Shown in pieces: positions 29,891 through 39,834 of a stretch of DNA of 64,000 nt (its first letter is position 1; each line of letters begins with the position of its first letter). The notes beneath the pieces are model-generated. The model was not told the origin of the DNA and made no database searches. It saw only the letters and a list, made by a program, of their open reading frames with translations. The stretch spans positions 32,001 through 96,000 of the IMG/VR virus record IMGVR_UViG_3300037249_000541; one strand, given 5' to 3'. This DNA is from a virus. Taxonomy: Duplodnaviria > Caudoviricetes. Both the position numbers and the translations under genes were made by a program.

Positions 29891-30164
29891 TTTGTTGTTC
29901 TTTTATTTTCTCAATGAACTCATTGACATCTTTACAATAGTAGATGTCTTTTGTTTCTGCCACAAATCTATCTAACTCTTCTTGTTGGGTCGAAGGAAAC
30001 AAGTCGTCTGTGTACCCCTTTCCATGAACAATGTGAGTTATGTCATCTTTGTAGTTTAGCCATACTGCGCCATTGAAGTTGCAACAGGTGCAACATTCAA
30101 TATTGTAAAGAGCCAATGTTGCTCTTATTTTCGGCGAATTTTCTTTTAGAACTAACGTTTCCAT
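29850..30164 (-). CDS. Hypothetical protein
   Basis: 104 aa ORF. Confidence 0.45.
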   Translation of the reverse strand: METLVLKENSPKIRATLALYNIECCTCCNFNGAVWLNYKDDITHIVHGKGYTDDLFPSTQQEELDRFVAETKDIYYCKDVNEFIEKIKEQQNERQGREGVASQR

Positions 30165-30228
30165 TTTCTTTGCATTTACAGGTTGTTCAATACATCTGCC
30201 TTGAAAAGATGAGAGTAATACTTTTTGA

Positions 30229-30564
30229 TTAGTGCTTTCTCTGCATCTTCTTTTGATTTGTACATTCCATCTGGCAATCCGTTACCCCTATTATGTGGAA
30301 GGTGTATTGCGTGTAGTAATACTTGATACCAACGCTATCAGGAATTAGCTGATACAACATACCAGAATCTTGTGTTGTTGGATAATACATTTTTCTTATT
30401 TGCTGCATCTCCCAATTGTTGTTTAGAAGATAGTCTATTGTCATCTGTTCGATGGCAATAGTGTCCTTTACTTCCAACTTAGGTTTCTGCATTTTCTTCG
30501 GTTCATTTGTGCAACTTGCTACGAGTAGCAACATTGCTAATAGATTGGTTATCTTTTTCATCAT
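30229..30564 (-). CDS. Putative lipoprotein
   Basis: MKK + hydrophobic stretch + LVASC lipobox. Confidence 0.6.
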   Translation of the reverse strand: MMKKITNLLAMLLLVASCTNEPKKMQKPKLEVKDTIAIEQMTIDYLLNNNWEMQQIRKMYYPTTQDSGMLYQLIPDSVGIKYYYTQYTFHIIGVTDCQMECTNQKKMQRKH

Positions 30565-30642
30565 TAATTATTTTTTTTTAAAAAGAAAGGGTACAAATGT
30601 TTTGACACAAGTACCCTTTCTCTGTTGATTACTATTGTGTTC

Positions 30643-30786
30643 TTACTTATTGTCTTTCTTTTTAAACGCGTGTCCTACTAAAGACACTACGTATCCGCCT
30701 GCGCCAATTGACATCAGTTTGCCAACACCAAATGGCAATGCCCATACAAAGGCAACGGCTTCACCTATAGTTTCAAAAAACGCCAT
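30643..30786 (-). CDS. Small membrane protein (47 aa, not in ORF track)
   Basis: MAFFETIGEAVAFVWALPFGVGKLMSIGAGGYVVSLVGHAFKKKDNK; followed by a terminator. Confidence 0.5.
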   Translation of the reverse strand: MAFFETIGEAVAFVWALPFGVGKLMSIGAGGYVVSLVGHAFKKKDNK

Positions 30787-31063
30787 TTTATTAATGTTTT
30801 ATTTGTTTTATCTGCATTTCTTTATGAATTATACCAGCAACATTGTGAATATCACAATGTACTTTGCCAGTAATATTGTAGTGAGAGGGTAACGTAGGCA
30901 AAATTATTAGTAACGCTTACGTTGTATGAGTGATTTTTACAATAATAGTTTCACTGTCTCTTGTTAGATATGTAACACATTATTGCAGTCTTTGTCATAA
31001 TCCCAAAGAAATTATTAATTTCAATAAGATTTGTGACAGACGTTATTGATGGAACAATAATTT

Positions 31064-31741
31064 TTATGTTTCGTCTTCGTAAAGATAATAGTTTTCTGCC
31101 GGGAACACAGCCCATCCTCGTCTTCTCAATTGATTGATAACAGCTATCTTTTGATTAAACGTATTATCTTTAGAGTATTTTTTCGCTTTTGGTTCACTTG
31201 CAGTATCTAATTCACATAATGGAAAATACGAATGACTACAAGCAACATCTTGCAACTTGTGCTTTTCACAAAAATCTTGCAATTCATGTGCATATTGTAT
31301 TTCCTTTGAGTATGATACTACAATATTAGCAAATTTAGCACCAATTTGATAATAGTCAACAGGATTGTTATAGTCCATTTTTGCTATTGTAACATACACT
31401 CTGTCGTCAACGCTTTCAACAACAAGTACAGAATTATTATATCGTGAAGGTGCTGTCCGTACATAAGAACCAACAGTATGAAATCCTGGCAACATAAGTG
31501 AAGAAAATCTTCCGTTATATTTAAATAATCCAGTAAACACCTTTACAGGCTTGATGCTTCTTGCGAATTTTTTAGGCCAAACAGTAACGTCTGATTTTGC
31601 CGATGTACGTTTAAACCATTCGAGGCTTTCAATTCTATTGTCTATTATATATGCGTCATCAGTGATGTCAACAATTCTCGTTATGAACTGATATTTTGGA
31701 TGTGCGATTATTGTTCCAATTTTCAAGTCCTTCTCTTTCAT
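31064..31741 (-). CDS. Hypothetical protein
   Basis: Start at MKEKDL coupled (TAATG) to the upstream acidic mini-ORF. Confidence 0.5.
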   Translation of the reverse strand: MKEKDLKIGTIIAHPKYQFITRIVDITDDAYIIDNRIESLEWFKRTSAKSDVTVWPKKFARSIKPVKVFTGLFKYNGRFSSLMLPGFHTVGSYVRTAPSRYNNSVLVVESVDDRVYVTIAKMDYNNPVDYYQIGAKFANIVVSYSKEIQYAHELQDFCEKHKLQDVACSHSYFPLCELDTASEPKAKKYSKDNTFNQKIAVINQLRRRGWAVFPAENYYLYEDET

Positions 31742-31872
31742 TACATATAGTAAAGTGAGAAGTCCAAGTCTGTTGAATCTTCGATTGCGCATTCAGAATT
31801 GTCTGCGTAATCAAGTCCGTCGAGATACTCGATATCATTCAAGTATGCATCGTCAATTTCCATCTGTTCCAT
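31741..31872 (-). CDS. Very acidic 43 aa mini-protein (not in ORF track)
   Basis: MEQMEIDDAYLNDIEYLDGLDYADNSECAIEDSTDLDFSLYYM; A-rich leader; stop overlaps next start. Confidence 0.55.
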   Translation of the reverse strand: MEQMEIDDAYLNDIEYLDGLDYADNSECAIEDSTDLDFSLYYM

Positions 31873-31885
31873 TTTTTTTATTATT

Positions 31886-32398
31886 TTAATATATTGTTTT
31901 TATTGTGTCGCAAAATGATATATATCTATCGCAGAATTTGATTTCATCGTTATGCGCTGCAACGAATTTTAAATCCTGTGATACAATCAAATCTTTAAGA
32001 CTGTATTCAAAACTATGCCATTTTGTAACGTATTGCTTTCTACAAAGATATATGTTTCCTTCTTCTTTTTTGACAATATAGAATAGATTTGTTTGCTTAT
32101 GATATACAATATCATCATCAAACAAAAGTATTCCATTAATGTCAAATATGCCAGTTGATTGTTTCTCGTCTCCAACTCCAACTACACGTCTCCCGTTTCT
32201 TATATTAGTTCGTATGTTCTCGTTTTTGTCATAAAAAAACCACCAATATCTTAGTGTTGAGCATTTAAATAGACGATTATTGATGAAATCATTATAATCA
32301 ACTGGCATTTTCTTTGATGCCAAATACTTTAAGATTAACTCTTTTGATACAGTTTCTCGTTCAAGAGCTTTTCTTGTTATGGCTTCTTGTACTGTCAT
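31886..32398 (-). CDS. YopX-like protein
   Basis: QSTG.FD.NG..LF.DDIV motif. Confidence 0.5.
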   Translation of the reverse strand: MTVQEAITRKALERETVSKELILKYLASKKMPVDYNDFINNRLFKCSTLRYWWFFYDKNENIRTNIRNGRRVVGVGDEKQSTGIFDINGILLFDDDIVYHKQTNLFYIVKKEEGNIYLCRKQYVTKWHSFEYSLKDLIVSQDLKFVAAHNDEIKFCDRYISFCDTIKTIY

Positions 32399-32934
32399 AC
32401 ACCAGTGTGACCAAAACCACCTCTGTTGGGGTTCGTGAGGTTGTCAACAATCTCGAACTCAACACCAGAGTAGAACAGGTTCTTGATTTTCTGCCACATT
32501 GTAGCGTGTTGTGAGAGTTGTACGCGGAATTGAACAAGACGTGCGTAGATTGGAATGTCAACAAATTCACCATACTCAGTCTTCTTCCACTTCTTATTGT
32601 ACTCGGTATCGTCGTACTTCTTGTCGTCCCACTCCTTCTTCTCTTGAATGCAAATGAATTGTGCTTTCCACACATCCTCGTTGCCGCAATAAGAGTTGTC
32701 TATTACTGCTTCTGAGTTAACAAGAATCATTGAATATTTCTTGTATGTACCTGACCTTGATACCATATTGGCTTCATATCCTGGTGGAAGCTGCATAGCC
32801 ACACCAAGATTAACTGTTGTTATTCGCCTGTCACACATAGCAAATCCTTGTGCCGATTTCAAATCAATCCAGTCGCCGTGAACTTCTGGCATACAGTCCT
32901 TGTCGAAAAGTTTGAGTTTTATTTTTAGTTTCAT
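32395..32934 (-). CDS. dut: dUTPase (trimeric)
   Basis: GDWIDL, SRSG, VIDNSYCG, RLVQFR, RGGFGHTG motifs. Confidence 0.9.
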   Translation of the reverse strand: MKLKIKLKLFDKDCMPEVHGDWIDLKSAQGFAMCDRRITTVNLGVAMQLPPGYEANMVSRSGTYKKYSMILVNSEAVIDNSYCGNEDVWKAQFICIQEKKEWDDKKYDDTEYNKKWKKTEYGEFVDIPIYARLVQFRVQLSQHATMWQKIKNLFYSGVEFEIVDNLTNPNRGGFGHTGV

Positions 32935-33011
32935 TTTCTTGTTTTTTAATGGTTAAATAAAAAGGGAGTGTGCCGTTATGGTGGACGGAATATCACACTC
33001 CCAAACATAAC

Positions 33012-33107
33012 CTAACCTAATTCTTCTTCGTCATAAGACAACGCTTCGACATCACAATATTTGTAGTCGTCTTCGTCAAAACGAATCTCAACACAAATAT
33101 CATCCAT
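33012..33107 (-). CDS. Acidic 31 aa mini-protein (not in ORF track)
   Basis: MDDICVEIRFDEDDYKYCDVEALSYDEEELG; start overlaps upstream stop. Confidence 0.4.
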   Translation of the reverse strand: MDDICVEIRFDEDDYKYCDVEALSYDEEELG

Positions 33108-33519
33108 CGTATTCGTCATCTCTATCTGTTCTTACGTAGTCGCCAGACAAATATGGTGGTTCAAATTCTTTTGGTGGTGCTTTCGCAACCACGATGTCCT
33201 TGCCATTTTTGTCTTTGATTGTTGTATGACACTCGTCCCATTCGTTCAACAGTTTTCTCAATTCTGAAAGCATAATTGATGATGACGCATAATCAGACAG
33301 AGTATTATTAAACTCTTCGAGCAACTGATTGATTATTGGCCCATTTTCAGGGTCGAACATCTTGTTTGGTTCAGTTGTTGTTACAAGAGCAATGAGATAA
33401 TCTCTATTTATCTTTATAGTGCGTTCTTCTTCTTCAATTGCTTCTTCAAGCTGATACTTACTGTCAAACGTAACCGATGGAAATACATTCTCGGTTACAT
33501 GGAAGGTGTAACTACTCAT
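33100..33519 (-). CDS. Hypothetical protein
   Basis: 139 aa ORF. Confidence 0.5.
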   Translation of the reverse strand: MSSYTFHVTENVFPSVTFDSKYQLEEAIEEEERTIKINRDYLIALVTTTEPNKMFDPENGPIINQLLEEFNNTLSDYASSSIMLSELRKLLNEWDECHTTIKDKNGKDIVVAKAPPKEFEPPYLSGDYVRTDRDDEYDG

Positions 33520-34109
33520 ACAGAAGCAGCTTTTACTACGTTGTTTACGACAGAATCAACAGCATTTGCCATTGAATCATAGAACAATGATGTATTGTTG
33601 TCGCCCTTGAGAGACCTGATGCTTTGCGTGAGAATATGACCAGCCATCACCACATTACCGACAGGTGTACTCTCGTTGATTTGAGCGTCAACTCTTTCAA
33701 CGATAGTGTTTGACGGAATGTTTATCGAGTTGGTTCTTGTACCACCAGTTGCGCCAAGACGTACATTGTCTTCTTCTGTCACATAGCGTACATAGCCAGG
33801 ACAAAATTTTCCAGTGTAGTTCAATGTTACTGGTTCGTGAGTACCTTCAATTTGCCTAAGAAGGTCTGCAAGCTTTCTCGTTTCTACACCTGATATAAGG
33901 TCAAAACGATGCTCTACTCCGTTCTCATCTTTGACAACGTACAAAGTTGTGTGTTTGTTGTCTACCTTACGTCTTGCGTTGTACGTAGTAAGACACAAGT
34001 GTGTTGTTGTGAGTTGTCTGCTTTTTTCAGCAAGGACATCATAGTCTTCCTCACATCCTTCTGGCGTTCTTGGGAAAAACGCTCTCAAAACTTTTTTGAA
34101 GTCTACCAT
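33516..34109 (-). CDS. Hypothetical protein
   Basis: 197 aa ORF. Confidence 0.5.
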   Translation of the reverse strand: MVDFKKVLRAFFPRTPEGCEEDYDVLAEKSRQLTTTHLCLTTYNARRKVDNKHTTLYVVKDENGVEHRFDLISGVETRKLADLLRQIEGTHEPVTLNYTGKFCPGYVRYVTEEDNVRLGATGGTRTNSINIPSNTIVERVDAQINESTPVGNVVMAGHILTQSIRSLKGDNNTSLFYDSMANAVDSVVNNVVKAASV

Positions 34110-34121
34110 TTTTGTTTTTGT

Positions 34122-34640
34122 TTAAATTGTGATTTTGTTTAATAAATATTCAACTCTCTTCATCCACTTTTCAGCAGATTGCCAAGAAGAGAATTTGAAT
34201 AAATGTTTTTTTGCGAGTTCGTATGGACCTCCACTAATCACCCAACCGTCTTCAACGTTGACATAGCAAACACAATATACTACCTCAATATACTTAATAT
34301 TCTCTTCAAGTACATCTTCAGTACAAGTATTTCGATAATCAACAATTAGTTCGTCAAATGCTTCTTTGGGTCCGCATCCACTTATTGAGATTTTGTCATT
34401 TGGAATTGCTAAGTATTCCATAGCATCCACATAGTTTTTATACAATATCCTAAGGAAATCATCAATGAATTCACCATCTATTTTAACAATAGAAACTGCC
34501 TTGGTGTCATCGTTAATGATTATGATTGAATCCATTATTTCTGTTGCAAGAAACGTTGTGGTTGCTTCTATCAACTTGTTTACTGTATCATTGACAGATT
34601 TCAATGAATACAGATTACCAAGATTGTTAATGAAATACAT
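34122..34640 (-). CDS. Hypothetical protein
   Basis: 172 aa ORF. Confidence 0.45.
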   Translation of the reverse strand: MYFINNLGNLYSLKSVNDTVNKLIEATTTFLATEIMDSIIIINDDTKAVSIVKIDGEFIDDFLRILYKNYVDAMEYLAIPNDKISISGCGPKEAFDELIVDYRNTCTEDVLEENIKYIEVVYCVCYVNVEDGWVISGGPYELAKKHLFKFSSWQSAEKWMKRVEYLLNKITI

Positions 34641-35863
34641 TAGAATCTACTACCTTTGTATGTTCCACATACCTTGAAGAACGCTCTGCTTGCGGGTGAT
34701 TCGCTATTTGCAGCAGAGAAATACACGCAATTACCAATTTGTTTTACCTCAGTAATTGTGTATTCTGAACTGAAGAAATCAAATTCATCTCCAACTTCCA
34801 AATCTTCTGGTTCGCAATACATATTTGGAATGCTATAAAGATTGGATGATTCGATAATATTGTTGATTACTTCGTCATGATTGATACGTATTATTTCGCT
34901 TTCGCTAAAATTGTTACTCTTCTTCCTGAGAAGATTAGCTTCAATTCGATGTTGTTTCGAGAAAGCTTCACGGGCAACAATATCCTTAGATGTTGCTTCG
35001 CAGAAGTCAGTGAATGCTCGTTCTCCATCTGTAAGAACATTGAATGTAATATATTCAATGTGATATTCAATTCCAAGGTCTTGTGCATTGAATATCTTGG
35101 AACCTACTTCTTTGAAAGCATTGAATCCATTCAAGCGAATTTCTTCTGCAATCTTAGAGAAGATGTCGAAAGTACAGCATTCCTTTGACTTGACATACTT
35201 CACAATCCAATCAAGTTGCGCCTGTTCCAAATCTGGCAATTCATAATTGAAGTACTCAATTACCATTTTGGAATCTTTGATATTGTCAAAAGACAATGCG
35301 TACCTTATTCGTCCAGGACGTGAAATAAAGTTTGCGTCAATGTTGAATTGATTGGAAGTTATAAGGAAAACCCTCTTGATTGTTGCATCAGAAGTACCGT
35401 CAAAGAATGACAGCATTTCCTTTTGAGCACTTTGGTCGAACTTCTTTTCAAATTCATCGAATACGTAGATTGCAGACACTTTGATACTGTTGTCTATCCA
35501 ACGCATCATCTCTTTGGTTTTGTCTGTGGTTGGCATAGAGTCAACTTTGATGACAGGCATATTGAGTTCGTTGCAAAGACGTTTAAGCATCAACGTCTTG
35601 CCAGTACCCTTTACGCCATTCAAAATTACGCCAATATTACTTGACGACATTTTGATAGAGTGAAGGATGTAATTGTAATCGTGAAAATTCCAATTGAAGA
35701 TTTTTTCTGGAAGTGCGAACTTATCCTGTTCGTCAATCAAGTAGAAACCACCAAGAGATTCTTCAATTGAATAGACATGAGGCTCAAGTCCTTCCTCAAT
35801 AACGGAAGTGTTGCTTGCAGGTTTGACAAGCTTTCCGCTTCTTTCAAATTTTTGTATTGACAT
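34640..35863 (-). CDS. AAA+ ATPase
   Basis: Walker A GVKGTGKT, Walker B VFDEFEK, LITSN sensor, SRPGRI arginine finger. Confidence 0.85.
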   Translation of the reverse strand: MSIQKFERSGKLVKPASNTSVIEEGLEPHVYSIEESLGGFYLIDEQDKFALPEKIFNWNFHDYNYILHSIKMSSSNIGVILNGVKGTGKTLMLKRLCNELNMPVIKVDSMPTTDKTKEMMRWIDNSIKVSAIYVFDEFEKKFDQSAQKEMLSFFDGTSDATIKRVFLITSNQFNIDANFISRPGRIRYALSFDNIKDSKMVIEYFNYELPDLEQAQLDWIVKYVKSKECCTFDIFSKIAEEIRLNGFNAFKEVGSKIFNAQDLGIEYHIEYITFNVLTDGERAFTDFCEATSKDIVAREAFSKQHRIEANLLRKKSNNFSESEIIRINHDEVINNIIESSNLYSIPNMYCEPEDLEVGDEFDFFSSEYTITEVKQIGNCVYFSAANSESPASRAFFKVCGTYKGSRF

Positions 35864-35865
35864 TT

Positions 35866-37659
35866 TTAGAATAAAGTTTGTTGTGGGTCGTTAAAAATAA
35901 TTTTCCTTGCTATGGAATAATACTTTTGTTTATCAACGAAATCCATTATTCTGCGTGTATCAATGTAATTAACAATTTCAACACCACCAACACTGTCAAT
36001 AATGGTATTGCCTCTCATTAAGAATGGAGCCATACTATTTTTACTGTAAAAATACCTTACGGAATTACCACAGTTTTGTTGACCGTGAGTTATTTTGAAA
36101 TTGCTACCTACATTGATTGAAAGTAGAAATCCTTTTGGGTCTTGATATTGGTTTATTGTTTTTTCTATTGGAACATTGGAAATCAGATATTGAATAGCGG
36201 CTTCTATTACTATTCTTGGTCGTAAAACCCTTTGTAATGGCTCGTCGCTAAACAAACCTTTGCCAATACGCTGACCCGCTGTGGTATAAACAATATAATC
36301 ATTAGTAGTATGTTGAAACATAAAGCGATACTCTTCTTTTTGTATATGAAGCTTATGAAGCTGCTGATACTCAAGAATGATTTTATTCAGCTTGTCATAC
36401 ATACTTTCATACGTTTTTATGAATATTCCATCAACGTTGACTTGGATAATTTTGTCAGCTATTTCAGCAACTTTCTCCAAGAATCCAAGAGTATATAACA
36501 TAGCTTGAATTCTAATTGCCATAAACATTGCAGGGTCGTACATATAAGACCACTCGGCGTTCATAAGTCCAATTGCAGCATTTAACACGCCTTTATAGAA
36601 CTCTGCTTCATTATGGTGTCCGTTATATTTTGCATCCAATCTTTTGTTTAAGATGTCATTATACAGCTCACGAAAATCGTCGCTTAAATGGCGAGGAAAC
36701 AAATTGTTGTTCACCATTGTTTTTGGGAACATTGATGAAAAGTCCAGATAAACAATAATTTCTCCTCCTCTTAAACATGAAGTTCTTTTTGGAGCGTCCA
36801 TTGTTCTAACGCCACCAGAGCCAGCAGAAAGTACAATATCGTTGTAAACAATAGTTTTGTTGTAAACGTCAGTAGGTAATAAAGATTGCTTTATAATGTC
36901 AAGTGCAAGGTCTTTAAGAGGACCTGGCTTCTCGTTACATATATGACAATACTTTTCAACTTCCAGACGTTGAGAGGGTGTCCGTTTACTGGTAAAAGAA
37001 TCAAAACTTTCACCAGTCTTATCAAGATATTGTCTTGTAAAATATCTTATACCCATAAGCGTATCATCGACATCCAGAGCATTAATCTTAAATTTCTTAT
37101 ATATACCAAAACGAATCTGAATCTTCTTTTGGCATATATTTAAAACTCTTACAATGACATCTGTTTCGTATTTCAATCGCTGCTTGTATTTGATATTGAA
37201 ATTAGGCAGTGGTTCGTACATAGGACAATAGTCTTTGATTGACAAATTAAGACTAAAAGCCACTTGCTCGAAAGACAGCCTTTGCTTTTCAGGGAACAAT
37301 ATCTTTTTCAAGTCTAATGAGAAGAATAATCTTTGTTGATTGTTGTCGTGTTCTTTCGATTCCAAATATTCTTTTACGGCAATATATATATCAAAAGCTC
37401 TAACTGTTTCTTGGTGATGCTCTATAATATATCTTAATGCTATATCATCATATTCAGAATTTCCATATCCGCACAATATCGCTGAGTTATTTGACTGAGA
37501 ACTTCCAAAGATATAGGCAATAGAATCTGACTCGTCGTGTTCATTGCTTATACTATAAAAGAACATCCCACCATCTTCCGTGTTTTGCAAAGCAACAGCA
37601 AAGATGTTGGGATGTATGTCACAGCGGTACACAAAGACTATCTTGTTTTCAATAGTCAT
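35866..37659 (-). CDS. polB: DNA polymerase family B (crAss-type, divergent)
   Basis: Motif A LDFSSMFP, motif B K..LNAAIG, motif C QVNVDG; N-terminal exonuclease-like domain. Confidence 0.8.
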   Translation of the reverse strand: MTIENKIVFVYRCDIHPNIFAVALQNTEDGGMFFYSISNEHDESDSIAYIFGSSQSNNSAILCGYGNSEYDDIALRYIIEHHQETVRAFDIYIAVKEYLESKEHDNNQQRLFFSLDLKKILFPEKQRLSFEQVAFSLNLSIKDYCPMYEPLPNFNIKYKQRLKYETDVIVRVLNICQKKIQIRFGIYKKFKINALDVDDTLMGIRYFTRQYLDKTGESFDSFTSKRTPSQRLEVEKYCHICNEKPGPLKDLALDIIKQSLLPTDVYNKTIVYNDIVLSAGSGGVRTMDAPKRTSCLRGGEIIVYLDFSSMFPKTMVNNNLFPRHLSDDFRELYNDILNKRLDAKYNGHHNEAEFYKGVLNAAIGLMNAEWSYMYDPAMFMAIRIQAMLYTLGFLEKVAEIADKIIQVNVDGIFIKTYESMYDKLNKIILEYQQLHKLHIQKEEYRFMFQHTTNDYIVYTTAGQRIGKGLFSDEPLQRVLRPRIVIEAAIQYLISNVPIEKTINQYQDPKGFLLSINVGSNFKITHGQQNCGNSVRYFYSKNSMAPFLMRGNTIIDSVGGVEIVNYIDTRRIMDFVDKQKYYSIARKIIFNDPQQTLF

Positions 37660-38180
37660 TTCTTTATTTTTATTTTAAATACTTCAAAATCAACAATTGA
37701 TTTAGTAGTCTTAAGAAATGTAGTACCTAACAAGCCTGATACAGTAACTCCACAGGTTTCCTTTATGTAGTCTATTGTATTGGCTAAATTAACCATAACA
37801 AATGGTACATTAAATACACAATCGCCATAGTTTAATTCAAGATATACATTTCCGTCTGTTGATGTTACAGTTGTAGACGAACACATCTCATTATCATCTC
37901 CTTGGTAATAAGACACTTTATTTGCGTCAAACAAACTCATCATATCGGTATGTATAAAACATTCTGATGCACCAGTATCTACAATAAGGTTAACTTTAAC
38001 CATACCGTCTTTTCCTGGTATCTTGAATGTTATTACAGGAACCTCTACTAAATCAAGAGTTTCTTTAAAAGATATTTCCAGCTTCTTTTTCTTTCGCATA
38101 ATCGACACGATATACCAAAGTATGACCAATATTATAATCTGTATTGACACACACAAGATTACAATCTGAGCATCACTCAT
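37656..38180 (-). CDS. Membrane-anchored retropepsin-like aspartic protease
   Basis: N-terminal TM; LIVDTGAS and GLLG..FL motifs. Confidence 0.8.
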   Translation of the reverse strand: MSDAQIVILCVSIQIIILVILWYIVSIMRKKKKLEISFKETLDLVEVPVITFKIPGKDGMVKVNLIVDTGASECFIHTDMMSLFDANKVSYYQGDDNEMCSSTTVTSTDGNVYLELNYGDCVFNVPFVMVNLANTIDYIKETCGVTVSGLLGTTFLKTTKSIVDFEVFKIKIKK

Positions 38181-39240
38181 TTGGCTTTTTCAAAAGCTGT
38201 CCAAGATAGTTAATTCCGTCCTTGACAATATTTGGAGGAAGCGTAGCCTTTGAATGAATCAAGGCATTAAGCTCATTGCCAATAACGAAAGGGTCTTCGA
38301 GAACTGTATTCCCACATTGAATATCGCCTTTTGTGAATGAATCCTCGAATTCAAACATTAAAGGTGTAAGAGAGTTTTTATTTACAACGATAAACTTCAT
38401 AGGTTTAACTTTGTAACCTGCCCACTCTCTTGAGTGTTGGACGATTTGGTTTAGTCCTTGACAGTATAATCTTGCCTGAATATCATAACGCCATTTAAGG
38501 AATGATTCTGGAAACTTATATTCTGGCTTGCTTGTCGTCTTCAAGTCAAAAGGCATAATTACCTTATGACTATGGTCGATAATTAGCAAATCAAACATAA
38601 ATTTATAATCAACTCCATTAACTGTTGTCATGAATTTTGCTTGATAAATTCTGTCAAGTTCATCGTCTGTTGCAAACACTACTCCGATGAATTTGTCGTA
38701 CTTCAACGCATTTACTGTTTTTATGACATCTTCAAGCGTGTCTTTTGATATGATTGTGTAATCATCTTCAGTTTTCGATTTTATATATTCTTTCACACCC
38801 TGGTCAATCATACCATCTGTGAAAAACATACGCAATTTCGACTCTACTGTTCTGTTAGAATAGAAATCAACATCAACAAATGCAGCATAAAAATAATTTA
38901 TTATTGAATCATCTTCAATAGCAGCACTTATCGTTTTGTTTCTTTCTACCAACATAGCAGATACACAATCAAGAACATCTTTTGATTTGCCAGTAAAGCT
39001 ATTGTCGAGTACTTTGAACTTTTTGTTGAATTGCTCTTCACCCTCTGTAATAAGGGTGTCCACAGCAGACCCGAAGGTCAAACTGTCGGTCTCCTCCCTA
39101 TCTTCAAGATGTAAATAACCTTCAAATCCTTCTCGCAAATATTTACTTATTGCGGAATAGGATATGATTGGGAATCCATTCGCATCTTTAAGATTGCGAT
39201 ACTCTCTTTCAGAAAGGGATGTCATCCATATCGGAGTCAT
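38173..39240 (-). CDS. PD-(D/E)XK exonuclease (RecE/DUF3799-like)
   Basis: ISYSAI, FGSAVD, K..FD, DLKTT, YDIQA.LY motifs. Confidence 0.8.
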   Translation of the reverse strand: MTPIWMTSLSEREYRNLKDANGFPIISYSAISKYLREGFEGYLHLEDREETDSLTFGSAVDTLITEGEEQFNKKFKVLDNSFTGKSKDVLDCVSAMLVERNKTISAAIEDDSIINYFYAAFVDVDFYSNRTVESKLRMFFTDGMIDQGVKEYIKSKTEDDYTIISKDTLEDVIKTVNALKYDKFIGVVFATDDELDRIYQAKFMTTVNGVDYKFMFDLLIIDHSHKVIMPFDLKTTSKPEYKFPESFLKWRYDIQARLYCQGLNQIVQHSREWAGYKVKPMKFIVVNKNSLTPLMFEFEDSFTKGDIQCGNTVLEDPFVIGNELNALIHSKATLPPNIVKDGINYLGQLLKKPNE

Positions 39241-39832
39241 CTTTTCGTGTTGTTTTCATTTGTTCTATTTTTGGTTGTTCTACTTCTGCATTTAAACTTA
39301 TGTTAAGTTTATTGAGAAGTGATACGGAAGCATCTGTTGTGCGTTTTACGGTTGTGATTTTCATATTCTCCAATTCTTCTTGAGAAATAAGTCTAATGTT
39401 TATTTTCAAGTTAATCTTACTCATAATAAAAAACATTATATATTTTCGGATAATAAAATATAACGTAGACTTATTGTCATAGAAGATAAGTGGGTCTATC
39501 AAAAATTCGCCATGTCTACTGTCGTACACAAATATGGGTACAAGCGAATTGTACCCATATATGTATATGCCTCGATTATATATTGCGAAACGCTCCCTTT
39601 TAATTCGTATTTCATATATGTCAGCTACCCAACGCGTTGAAGCGAATCCACTTAAAAACGCTTTAAGTGTTGAATAGGTAACAACGGTTGAAATCAACAT
39701 ATTGTTGCCAAGAAAATACAAATTATATGGTTTCGTACTCGCATAATAAGTGAGCCTTAACGACGCGACTGATTGGGAATATAAAAAAGTGTTCTCATTA
39801 AAACGCCTGATGGTGTTAAGAGGAATGTCCAT
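39209..39832 (-). CDS. Hypothetical protein
   Basis: 207 aa ORF directly downstream of the E1-like gene; ends DDIPF. Confidence 0.45.
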   Translation of the reverse strand: MDIPLNTIRRFNENTFLYSQSVASLRLTYYASTKPYNLYFLGNNMLISTVVTYSTLKAFLSGFASTRWVADIYEIRIKRERFAIYNRGIYIYGYNSLVPIFVYDSRHGEFLIDPLIFYDNKSTLYFIIRKYIMFFIMSKINLKINIRLISQEELENMKITTVKRTTDASVSLLNKLNISLNAEVEQPKIEQMKTTRKDDSDMDDIPF

Positions 39833-39834
39833 TT

